The position numbers and the translations under genes are program-made. A stretch of DNA of 57,425 nucleotides, counting the filler, from Circinaria calcarea (taxonomy: Eukaryota), in the NCBI GenBank assembly GCA_051942165.1. It is 2 parts of 2 records of this genome, joined end to end, with 100 filler letters (N's around TTAATTAATTAA, not from the genome) between each part and the next. Parts side by side here need not be neighbours in the genome. Positions count along the whole stretch, not along the records: positions 1 to 28,688 come from JAVECS010000052.1; 1 more part is not named here. The stretch is one strand, 5' to 3'. Shown here piece after piece: positions 11,811 through 23,464 of this stretch; the stretch's first letter is position 1; every line of letters starts with the position of its first letter. A model generated the notes under the pieces. That model made no database searches. It saw only the letters and a list, made by a program, of their open reading frames with translations, and was not told the DNA's origin.

Positions 11811-12661
11811 TGTAATACCTACCTTTTTGAGCTGTAGCTAAGAACTTCCGGATCCTTCAGAGTCATCGTCCTCCACACCCGTAGCAGGATCTGCGCGTAA
11901 GTTGATTGTATTGGTTGTAACTAAATATAGGGCGCACGGCATGAAAGAGGGGAAAGGAGCACCAGAGATAACAGCAGCTGAAGAGAAAAGTGGTCCACCG
12001 AGTGGTCCCGGAGAACTGGAAGATCCATTTCATTGTGTCCCCCGAGTCCCGTCAGCCGCGTGCCGCATACCTCGTTCCCTCCTCAGATTAGTTGTGAGAT
12101 CCGACGGCGGCAACGAGCAACGTGGGGGTCCTGCTGCGGTAATTAATAGTGGATATGGAGATTCTCGGACCCACAATCAACCTTGCTTTCCCGCCAGCTT
12201 GGTTGAGAGCCCCGCTTAAAATCCAGACTGTGGCATCCAACACGTCTAAATGATACTGCTATGATATCGCAAAGGATCGAGCATCGATCGGATATTTCGT
12301 GGCAAGCAAAATTAACGAGAACTCCCCAAAGGCGTGTGCCACAAAATATCCCGATCAGCCCGCCCGGCGGGGTCCTTATCCCTTTGTTGTGTACGGAGTA
12401 CACCATCTCTTTTTCTTGCTCAAGGCAGATCCGAACCGTACCACCCTATTTCCACAAATCGGAGGGCGCGACCAAGACCTTCCAATTGTGGTACTGGGCT
12501 GGTACGGCTTTTTCGATCTGGATGTAAGGGTTAGTACGTTGCATCGGGCTGATCCAACTGGAATATATATCTCCTGTCCGTCACAAAGCTACCATCATCC
12601 GCTGGGCGCCGCTTGTTTGGGTACTGTATGTTTTGCTTCCATCCCGGAGAACTATATCATT

Positions 12662-14102
12662 ATGGCTACCATTCGCATCTCAGCGCCGTACATGATTGCA
12701 GCAGGCGCCGTTTGGCCTCCTGTATGTGCTGGGCTGGTTAGCCTGCGGTTTATGACACGAAAAGCACAGCGAGCACAGCTAGGGATTGACGATTGGCTTG
12801 TACTGCCGGCATTGGTGAGAAGTATCGGAATAATGGATTTCTGGAATAGAAACTTATTCTTGCACTAGGTTTTACTCTTCGCCATGTGTGGAGCGGCAAT
12901 TGCGGGTAGGGTTTCATTATGCGAATAAAATCGATAAACGCTGACCGTTGCTAAGGTACCGCACTCAAAGCGGTGGCCTATCCAACACCTAGATTTGATC
13001 CGGCGCAAGCACTCACTGAAACCAGTTATCAACAAACGGTGACACGAATTGTAATCTCAATTTCCACATCCGCAAACAGCAGAATAAATAAAAACTTACA
13101 TTTAATTAGGTCTACTGGGTGATTGAGGTGATGCAGGTGCTAACATTGATGTTTATTAAGCTCAGCGCCATGTTTTTTTATCGACGCATTTTCTGCACCG
13201 GCTATAATAAAGCCGTCAATATTGCTATTTGGACGGTTATTGCCATTGTGATCGTATGGGGAGTCTCTTTCTTTTTTACGCTTACCTTTGAATGTGGTAC
13301 ACATTTCGACTACTTATGGACGAATCTGGAAAACCAGGCAAAGTGCAGCGATACAGTGAAGGAGCTGATGGGCTTTGCCGTGTCCGACGTTATCACCGAC
13401 TTCATTATTATGCTGTTTCCCATCCCACTTATCTGGCGCCTGCAGATCCGCACGTCCCAAAAGTTGGCTTTAATAGCCATATTCCTCGTCGGAGCCTTGT
13501 AGGTATCGCGTTGCTAATTCCATTGGAATAAACAACTAACAAGGTGTGGTGCTATCGCTGCTTCCCTCACTCGTATGATTATTTTCATCCAAGCCCTCTC
13601 TGCCGAATTTTCTTCTAGTACCGATCAAGACTGTAATTATCCCCCTTTTTTTACTTTTCCTTCTCTACCCTTTTTGTCTCCGCTATATCCCCTCATCCTT
13701 TCATTCTCTGTTGTAAATGTTTTATTATTAACTAACCTCCTCGATCTAGTACTCTCTACCGCTGGAATTTATTCTATGCTCATTGAAGTGGGCTTCGGTA
13801 TTTGCGCTATATGTCTGCCTTCCCTTTCTGGCGTCCTCAAGATCAAGGCCGTCCAGACCCTTATCAATGGCTTCTCCTCCGTCTTCTCTTCACGCGGCAC
13901 CGGCAGCGCCCCCTCCTCCATACTGCCCTCCGCTACTAAGCCGTACCGCCTTGGCAGCTCTTTCAACTCCGAGCGCGTCGAATTTGTGAGTGAAGGCAGG
14001 AACGCATCGGCGCATACATTTGAGATGAAGCCGGTGCAAGAATCTGGAGGCAAGGGCATTACGGTAACCAAAGAAGTCGATTTGAAAGCGGAAATAGTCT
14101 AG
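12662..14102 (+). CDS. PTH11/SAT4-like rhodopsin-domain integral membrane protein (no CFEM), multi-exon
   Basis: Motifs VSLRFMTR...LGIDDWLVLPAL, IKLSAMFFYRRIF, SDVITDFIIMLFPIPLIWRLQ...QKLALIAIFLVG and IEVGFGICAICLPSL, with several short GT-AG introns. Confidence 0.9.
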
Positions 14103-14468
14103 TAGGATTGGAAACCAAGGAAATCAGTACAATAAAATACAGTTGTAAGGAAAACACTATATTTTATCTCCGTAAATTTAAAAAGGCAATATAGCTAAGT
14201 TTTATTTAAAATAAATACAAAACACCGAATTTGTGAGGCCGCAGAGTACTTTACTTGAAAAGTATTTAAGGTTAAGATATGTGGTAATATGAGGCACGAG
14301 TAATACAATGGCTATACGTAGTGTATTTGAGAACTAATCACTACAGAAAAAGTGTGCGAGTGAAAGGTTTTCACTGTACGCCAAAACGCCAAATAAGCGA
14401 GGTATCGCCAACCCCCCTGAGCCCAGAGCATGACAATTAACCCCTTTTCCCCTGCCGCCAATTATAGT

Positions 14469-15770
14469 TTACTTTTTTTCATAATCCTCATAATGCCACT
14501 TACTCCGCTCTTCGGCATATTCCTTATACGTTGTCGGCTCAAATCTCATTTGGCCATCCTTCTCCACCCTTGAGGCTGGTGGTGCCACGACTGCCTCTTC
14601 ATTCACCGTGAGAAAGAAGATGACGGAGTAGCGCGGGGGCGCTGTCTCCTTGCCATTACCATCAACTGTAGGTAGAGAGTCGATCCTGCTTTTGGGGAGA
14701 ACGACGCGGTGGGTGCAGGAAGGATACAGGCCTGCAATGATAAACTCGGTAAAATATCAGCAACGGGAGGAGATTGGGTTTACGAAGTGGAAAGAAAACA
14801 GGGAGCGGGAGAGAAAGAGCAAGGAAGAGTGAGAGTACCGTTGGACAGCCTTTCCATCATGTCACCGATGTTCAGGTACACGGCATCACTCCTTGGTGTT
14901 ACCGGCATGAACGCACCTGTGTGGCGGTCCAAGAACTCGAGGCCGCCCGTGGCGTCCTGGAACGAGAGGGTGAAGGAACTGTTTTTATGCTTCAGTCCCA
15001 CTCACTTGATACCAGCAAATGAAAAAAGCTTCACCTCCAGTCTGTATGCGCGGGCAGACGATTCGCCTCCTCCATCACCCATCGATCAACCACCAGCAAC
15101 GGGTAGTGCAACAGGCGAAGCTGGCCGACGGGTCCAGAGTGCATATCAAGTGCAGCCGCGTGCTCCTGTTTTGTAACCTCCATACCTATAATCAATGCTT
15201 CGAGTACGGCGAAGCTCAGCTCACGCAGTCGTTCGAAGATCTTAGAGGACTGCTGACGGAATCCTGGCAGCGTTATTTCCGGGAGCCAGATGTTATAGTC
15301 TTTCTTGTTTGCGTCGTCGCCCACCTCATAGCTTTCCTGCCACGAGGAAAAGAATAGGGTGTTAGCAAGAATCTTCAGGCATTATGTGCGGCAGCAGCGA
15401 TACTTACTTTCCAGTCCTGCGTTTGGTGCAGCATTTCTTGGCGCTTTGCATCGCTCGCGTCGTGGTCCTCCTTCTGGAAAGCACGTTCCTTTCCAGGAGC
15501 GGAATAGCCCCGGTGAGGAATCAAGCCCGCTGGGTGCGGTGCCTTCATCTTCTCTTCCATGGGCAGGTCGAAGAGGTGCCGCGTGAGATTGAAGGCCTCC
15601 TCAAGTAGCTCGGGTGGCACATTATGGCCGGTAATGGCCAGGCAGCCGTTGACAGAACATTTCTCTGCAACCTCTTTTGCTGTCTGCCGACGCGTGGCAA
15701 TGTCGGCGTCCTTGGTAGTGAAGGAGGATAGATCGACGACAGGAATCGAAGCTGGCGAGGCGGTGGCCAT
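14469..15770 (-). CDS. 2-oxoglutarate/Fe(II)-dependent dioxygenase (IPNS/clavaminate synthase-like fold), multi-exon
   Basis: IPVVDLS and LFDLPMEEKMK...HRGYS (DIOX_N), LRLLHYP, PAHTDW (HxD), FQDATGGLE, NIGDMMERLSNG, SCTHRV (distal His) and RYSVIFF (RxS). Stop codon at 14469-14471. Confidence 0.92.
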
Positions 15771-17247
15771 TATGTTGAGAGGGACGGATTTAAATGCATG
15801 AAACGGATCAGGAAACCTAGAAAGTTGCTATCCAAGGGGGAATTTAAAAAGATACCGAAATACCACTAAGGCATAGAAAAATCAGCGGCTCCGGTACGTG
15901 GTTTAGATAATAATGCCATCCCATATAAATATGAGGCAGGCTCAGATACCTAATTTTCTGGCCTAGAGGAATAAAGACGGGGCAGATCTTACGGGAGCAT
16001 AAACTCCTGTAGGGGGTAAAGATCGTCAGTACTGGTAGCATGCATACTCGTTACGGCGTTAACGAGTCCGATTGGAATGATAAACAACCCCGGTTGTTAT
16101 AGAATTACAATAAGCAATCCCACACTCTATTCCCGTCGCTTATTTGGTCTTCCATCTATTTGACCCCCACGCTGTTTGGTTACACGGACGATCGTGTCCG
16201 CTTTATCCGATGAACTTATAAACCATGCACACCACTTAAAGCTAAAAGCCTTTGGGTATCCTTCCTACCAACCAATTTGTGGCAAGAATAAAGTATAAAA
16301 ATGCTTTTTTCTTCTATATAGACTTGCTGCTTTTTCACCCCAATTCCAGGTTCGATCTGAACGCAATAGAGCACCGTCGCTATATCGTTTTCTAAAAAAT
16401 ACCACATTCTGAAGCAATATGCGGAATATAATTATATCGAATTCCTCGTAAGGTAGCTCAAGCGTGCTGGTCCAGCCAGATTATTAAACTCAATCGCCTT
16501 ACTTCAGCCTAATATATATGCATGCGATTGTATTATCATATTGGTTATATTTCAACCTGCAGAGAACATCGCCCGAACCTCGGTTCTAGTTTGCGGCACG
16601 CTGACAACGATGATAAGACCGAAGATTTTCACTGGGCTGGATATGGATTTGTATATGCAGAGAATTATTGCCTGATGCAATATTATGGCGTTACCAATGG
16701 GGTATAACCACCGACTGGTTCTGATTAAAGTAAAGTACTTTAATCAATGTTGTACGAGGGCTAATGGGATGTCTCGTGGCACGTAAAGAAAACGAGAACT
16801 CCTTCAAGACATGTGTTACACAACATCCGATCAATTAACGCTACAACTTCGGTTATCATACAAGGCACCCGACGCTGATCCCCAGATTGCAATCCTATCA
16901 CCTACTAAATTGGGTTATTTGCTCCATGCATACGTCGGTATAGCACTTCACAAGAACGCCTATTATTAATTAGTAGGGTAAACTTTGTTGAGCATAGCAT
17001 CTTCTTTATTTTGCTGCCGGATTTAGCGAAGAACATGCCATGTCCTCTATATATCCTGGAGCTGATGCGGAATAAGGGCTGTAATGGTAGGCTTTTCATG
17101 AGTGTGTGACTGCTACTGGTACGAAACGGCCCTCGAAAAAAAGAGCCAAGCCCAATTTTGTGCGGATATAGCAACGAGATACGATAATCCGCACAAATAA
17201 GGTGTTTCAAGGCCGTTTAAGGAACGGTACCCCTCGTCCTGATTAAT

Positions 17248-19041
17248 ATGGCGAGTGGCACCGGAGCAGCAGAGCCAGCAACATCACTCGATCGCGCCGA
17301 CTCGCAAGTTGATATTCTCTCGAGCACTTTTACAGAGAAGTGTAACCAGGTCCTTCTGTCTGGCGGCGACGAGAGCGATCGGAACTTGCAAACGCAATCT
17401 TCGAGCGTTGTGAATCAGAATGCTGATACTTCAGCTCCTAATATTGGGGCCGATGTGTCGACAGGACCAGACAGTTGGGCGGGCGACCCCCAGAACCCTA
17501 AGAACTGGTCGCTAACGCGCAAATACACTATTATTGTGCTTACAGGTACAACAAACATTGTTGCGTAAGTATCTCTTCGAGTATCTTTCCATCCCTCCAC
17601 CTATCCTACCCCTTTTTTCCCTTCTTGCTCAGCCTGACTGATTCTATCCGGCAGAGCCATGTGCGTCACCGCCTTCGAACCCGCTCTGCCCTCCATAATG
17701 CAAGACTTCCACTCCACCAATGACGCTGCCGCCTCGCTCACTGTGACTATTTACGTTTTGGGCTACGTAATAGGACCTTTGATTCTTGCGCCAGTCAGCG
17801 AGCTATACGGACGTATAGCAGTGCTGGGACCAGCATATGCGTTGTTCATTGTCACACTCGTAGTCTGCGGTATTAGCACGGTGCTCAGCGAGTTTTTAAT
17901 CATCCGCTTGGTTATGGGATTTGCGGCGATTGGGTTCGGAATCGTGGGGCCGGCCATTGTGGCGGACATGATATCGGAGAAGCAGCGAGGACTGGCAATA
18001 AGCGTTCTATCCGGCGGATTAGCGCTGGTAGGTTTCGGAGGAACAGTATCCTTGATAACGAATTGCTGATGTTCCCACGCAGGGCCCCACGCTGGGACCG
18101 ATATTGGGAGGTCATATCGCGGAAAACGTGGGCTGGCGCTGGATCTTTTGGACCATGCTTATCGCTGTAAGTCTACATCACGTCCTTGTTCCGGACCGAC
18201 CACCAACAGCAGTTTCATACTCATTATTTCCCCAAAGTTTGCCTTTCTTGCCCTCGTTGCTCTACTGGTCCTGCGCGAAACTTACGAGCCGGTTCTTCTC
18301 CAGCGGCGCCAAACTACCCAGCAACCACTGCAGCTTCCCCGCAACTCTGCCCATCTCGCTCTTAAAGCTGCCTTTCAGCGCCCCTATAAGATCTTTTTCC
18401 AGTCGCCCATGGTCCCGCTTTTCGCCCTTTACACTTCTGTCCTGAACTCCTACATGAATATTCTTTTTGCCACCCTCGGTACAGTCTTCGAGTTCCAATA
18501 CTCCTTTACCCCAGGGCAATCCGGTCTCGCATATCTCGGTCTAACCGCTGGCTTCTTGGTGTCCATGTACACAATCGGCCCCTACTCCGACCGCCGCATG
18601 GCCACTCTTTCCGCTCAGCACGCTGGTGTGCGCAAACCCGAGTGGCGTTTGCCCCCGCTCGTATTGGGCTCGCTACTGCTACCAGCGGGCTTCTTGTGGT
18701 ACGGGTGGGCGATGGAAAGGCAAGCGCATTGGATCGTGCCAATCCTAGGCACCGTGGTCATTGCAGTAGGTACGATGCTGAGCTACATGCCGGTCCAGTA
18801 CTACATCGTTGACTGTTTCACGCTATATGCGGCGAGCGCCATAGGTGCGGTGAGTATCGTACGGAGTATTTGCACAGCTGTGATCCCGCTGGCAGCAAAT
18901 CCACTGTACGACAAATTAGGATACGGGTGGGGAAATACCCTCCTTGCCTTCATTGCGCTGCCGTTTGCGGGCTTCGCGGTACTGCTTTTGCGGTATGGGG
19001 AGCGGATCCGAACGCACCCACGGTGGCAGCCGAGATTGTAG
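17248..19041 (+). CDS. MFS drug:H+ antiporter (DHA1-type) efflux transporter, multi-exon
   Basis: DPQNPKNWS..RK, GPLILAPVSELYGR, GWRWIFW, LRETYEPVLL, KPEWRLPP, YIVDCFTLYAASA and LGYGWGNTLL. Confidence 0.93.
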
Positions 19042-19602
19042 TAAAAATTGACCAAGTCTATTGAGGACGTTTGAGAAAGCTGCAACTTTGCCACTAGTCC
19101 TTAACCCCTATCTAAAGTACCTTGGCTGCTTTATGGTCCCAATATGTTAAGCTCTTACAATGTATGCATACTTTTCCAAAATGTCAACCCTTTCTTTCGA
19201 ACAATCTAATTATATACTTACAAGATTTTGGCTAAGTTATTGCATTGTTATATAATATAACTATTCCAAAAAGCATAATAATGTAACGGAGAAAGCTATG
19301 GATTCTATGGGTCCGTGATCGTGTGTGCTTTATGGCCTGAAATAAAATAAGTTTTATATTATTCTGCCTGTTCGATTTATGGTAGTTCTAACCTATAAAA
19401 TTTCTATATAAGATGGTGAAAATAAAGCCTTCAACCTTTTGCGCCTCGTAAGACTCTTGATATAGAAAGCTGGATTAATTATACATCCTCTTAATAAGTG
19501 CCACCTTCATGGAAGGCAATGACCGTGTTATATCTCACGTAGGCCAGAAATAGCAGGCAGCAAACAACGCAAAAATATTCTTTTAGCAAGAGATATCGAG
19601 TA

Positions 19603-20400
19603 ATGAAAGACTTAATGTCTATGCATAAGCCGACAAGCAGGCTTGTGATCGATGAGCATGCTATACCGAAATCAACCATAGAAAATCTTATCGAGTATGC
19701 ATCCACGAAATCTGGAACGACTCGTGGCGGAGGCTTTGCGGCTGGCCCTAATAGGAAGGCGGTATTTTTGACGGACACTGAAGGTACCAAACAGTTGATC
19801 ATAGGAGCGGGAGACTGGTACAGGGGGAAGAACTCGAGGCTGCTAAACTTACCAGTGGTTAGAAATGCGATAAAAGAAGATAGGGGTATGGCAATTTGCC
19901 ACCTCCCACGTTACACGGGCTGGAGAAAATAAATTCGGCAACACTCTGCTGCACTGCGACTCCTTGGACCACTGAAACCGAAGCGTTTGTGTTGATTAGT
20001 GAAGATCGAACGCTGGCGCATGCCTGTACATAGCATGAACATCCGTTGAGTCAGAGCGGCTACGTTATCCTTGCATGTTAGAATACATTACTCATCACGG
20101 CTCTATGCCACTCGTTGGAACACCGAGTAGGGCATTCCGGGTATCAGCAGGTCAGGGCCGATGCCCCACAGCCTGATATAAGACACTCACGTAAGTAGGA
20201 GCTGAGGGGATGCTATGGTGTAGGATTAATTGGACAGAGATAAACCTCATCCAATGCCTTTCTTGTGCACCCACGGTGCTGTGCCTACTACAGTCATAAC
20301 CCCTGCGGGATAAGATACACAACTTCTCGGTCACCTTCCTTTCGGAAGCGAAGGGTGATCGAGCCGAAGAGCGTTCCCGTGCCTCTATGGACGGCACTAC
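19603..20400 (+). pseudogene. Unassigned, probably decayed coding remnant at the island edge
   Basis: A 109-aa ORF (19603-19932) with globular-looking composition, plus a downstream intron-like GTAAGT...CAG (about 20191-20237) and broken frames. No family recognised. Confidence 0.25.
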
Positions 20401-20981
20401 GCCTAAGATGCCACGGACTTACTATTTTAGAGTTATGTGAGCCTGCGGCGGGAAGGCACGCCCGACTGGTGCATATGCAGGTTTGCTAAGAGTTCGCATG
20501 ACCTTGCAACTCAGGCGAGGTACCCCTCCGTGCATCGATCATTGTAGAGCAGGTAGTCCCTAAAGAACAGTGGCGAGGACCGAGGGACTGGCCTGTGAAG
20601 GCCGAAGGGTCTCTGGAATGGGAGTTTGGTCCTTGGGTAGTATCTTCGAATGGAGTAATTCTATTAGCGACGATGGAAAGTATAATAGCTCTCAGGGAAC
20701 AGAGATCTGGGCGGGAGTAGAAGTTACAAGTTATTTTGCGCCATCCTCCGACTAGTGGGACCGGATCGGCACGGTTCGTTCCGTTTGAGCAACGGTGTAA
20801 AAGTTTACTGATTCTTGTATCATTTGTAGCCATATCAATCTTTGTCAGTTTAAAGTCATTGTGGCCACCAACCGTGTTGGTAGCCTTGCTAATGGTACCA
20901 AGTGAAGATTACCGTCTCCATTCAAGTTTTATGTTGCGTGAGTAATTTCAGTAGCTCACGCTGACTCGACTGCGCCAGGAC

Positions 20982-23211
20982 CTAGAGGAATTGCATGAGG
21001 GTACTCAGCATATCCTTCATCGTGGCATCGGTGTCTTCTGATTGGTCGCTCATACTGCCAATTTGTTCTGATATTCGGTCAACATATGAACCAATTCAGA
21101 TAAGGGGACTTTAATGCTAACCTTCCAGAGTGCTCTTGATACTGCTGAAGGTCTCATCATGTTCGGCCATCAGCTCTTGTATCTTCGAACGCGCCCCATC
21201 GTCCTCGGCGATCAGCCAAGCGAGGATAACATCAATAGCCTTCTCGGACCGTTAGAAGAAAAAATCAACCATAGGATTAGCACGTTCTGTGCTCACCTGC
21301 AAAGAGAATAGCCCGGCGTCCAACCGCCGCGATAACCACTCATCTGTATGATCCTGCAGCTCGTCGGCCGCAAGTTCCGCTCGTTCTTCTTTGATCGATC
21401 GATCGACAGCAGCTAGTTTGGATGCGTATTCTCTACGCAACTTGACTATCCTATTCACTTTCTCGTAGTCCTTCTCCACAAATTTTCCTAGCAAACGTAT
21501 CCTAGGTGCAGAATCTCCAGGTAATAAACGGAGCATTGACGCAAAGATTCCAAGGATATGCTCTGAAGTTAGGTTGTCATGCTGAAAATTGTTAGTAATA
21601 CCCATATACCTAACGGAGCTAGTTCTCGCACCTTTTTCATAAACATAGTGAAAAGTGTTTTCAAGCCTGCGGCTTCCACGAGCTTTTCACAGCATGCAGC
21701 GCCCGCTTCACCTCCCAGAGCATGGTCCAAAAGGCGCAGTGCACGTGGACGACTCATCTTTCCTTCCTTGAGCATGATCAGACAAAGTTCCACCCCTTCT
21801 GCGTCGAGGAACTTCTGCTTCCCTTTTTGATCATCTACACAGCAGGTAACGCAATCGAATACATTTTCAACATATTCTTCCTCTTCAGTGCCCTTCTCCG
21901 GATCGCGCTTTCGGTAAGTGCTGAGTAATTGTAGGAAGAAATCTATACCATCTAGCTCAAGGAATCGCTTTCTATTAGTACCGGATGATTGAAGAAGGAT
22001 AGCAAGGACCTCGGTGGCGTATTGCTTATTTTGGCTTATCGGGACTTCAGGGTTTCGGGCTCGATCATAGAGCCATGAAAGAATTATCTCGTTGCCTCCT
22101 ATCCGTTCTGCCAATGATGGTCGCGAAGAGAGACTTTCCAACACGCCTAAATCCTTTAAGACTCTTACTTTCAAGAATGTATTAGGCTTACGTACCCAAA
22201 ACGTGGTACACACCACTTCTGTCGGATTCTATCTTCTCGTCGAACCGTCGCAGGTTTTGGGACAGAAGTTCAAGGAGATCTGCCTCGAGCTGCGAATTGT
22301 TAGTAGACTTAAGCCGTAATATGGTCGAAGTGTAAACTACCATAGCATCAACGAGTACATCCCAGTGCGCTTGTTCAGCCTCCACGTCTTCGTCTGTTAG
22401 CTCGTTTATAATCTCGATGGCATCAATTGCAATGTCCGTGTTCTCGTGGGCAAGCAATGAGACTAAAGATGCGACACACCCAAGCCGAGCAAAGTCTTCA
22501 TAGAGCTCTGAGTGTTCCGATAGAATAGATAATACTTTGATGTCGGCATCAAGGTCTGCTTCGGACCCAACAAACCTATGCCGTTTGGTTAGAAATGGGG
22601 GCATGATTAGACACTTCGCACACACTTCTGTGGCTCTCCTTCGAATTTTGCCCTCAACTCAGCGTTCTTGGAGATCTTCTTTTCAAAATTAAGGGCCAGC
22701 TTGCGCACCCAGGCCGAGTCTATCTTCTCTGGTTTCTAGGAAGCATCAGGCCCTAAGTCACGTCGGTTCAGCAGCGTAATGACTTACCTTCAAGTCATCC
22801 TGGTCTCGCTGCTCGATGAAGTCCAAGACCTCCGCAGTGTCATTGGTGATCCCACCTCCAAAAAATCGACCTTCTTCCTGATCCATAGGTTCATCTTCCA
22901 GATCCGGGGGGATATCTGGGCCGGCGTATTCTTCCTCGTTTCCTGTCTCTTCTTCCACTGTGGCTTGACCACCGCTTCTAGCATTCCCATTGCCATTGAT
23001 CTTTACTGATTTGTAGATCTCATCTGTTGACGGTTAGGTCGGCTCTGATTTGCCAGACGGTGAAGTAAATACCAGGATCTCTGCGTGGCTCTAATTTGCG
23101 TTTGTGGCTGCCGGGTAAAGAAGGTTTCTATAAGCTGTCAATTAGCCTTGTAGGATAGGACGAGTCTATGGAACAATTTTTTACTTTAAAAAGCTCGTCA
23201 ACACTCGTCAT
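20982..23211 (-). CDS. CTNNBL1: Beta-catenin-like protein 1 (CTNNBL1/DUF1716; Prp19 complex-associated), multi-exon
   Basis: MTSVDELFK start, EEGRFFGGG, SEADLDADIK, LLAHENTDIAIDAIEIINELTDED, NKQYATEVLAILLQ, KFVEKDYEK and RRLDAGLFSLQ. Confidence 0.92.
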
Positions 23212-23376
23212 TATGCGCAAAATCCGAGTGGAAGGAGGATGCTTTGAGCTCAACACCTTTGTCTTCGTTTTCAGTCTGGCTGTCCTTCAGAATATTTTGA
23301 GGATATGCCGGCACCTGAACCATCGGCCAATAAAGTGCTTGAAACTCCCGTGGTTCCGCGCTTTAGCGTCATAGCC

Positions 23377-23395
23377 TCGCGTGAATGAGACGCGA
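23377..23395. promoter_or_regulatory. Paired MCB-like elements (TCGCGT-N7-ACGCGA) in the CTNNBL1/ERCC6L2 bidirectional promoter
   Basis: Inverted ACGCGA pair about 70 nt upstream of the helicase ATG. ACGCG cores are the MBF-type cell-cycle/DNA-repair element in ascomycetes. Confidence 0.4.
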
Positions 23396-23464
23396 CCCTT
23401 GACAACCTTCACCCCACCTCAAACCCCACCACCCAAGTCCCAGAACGGCCACCCACGAGACACT

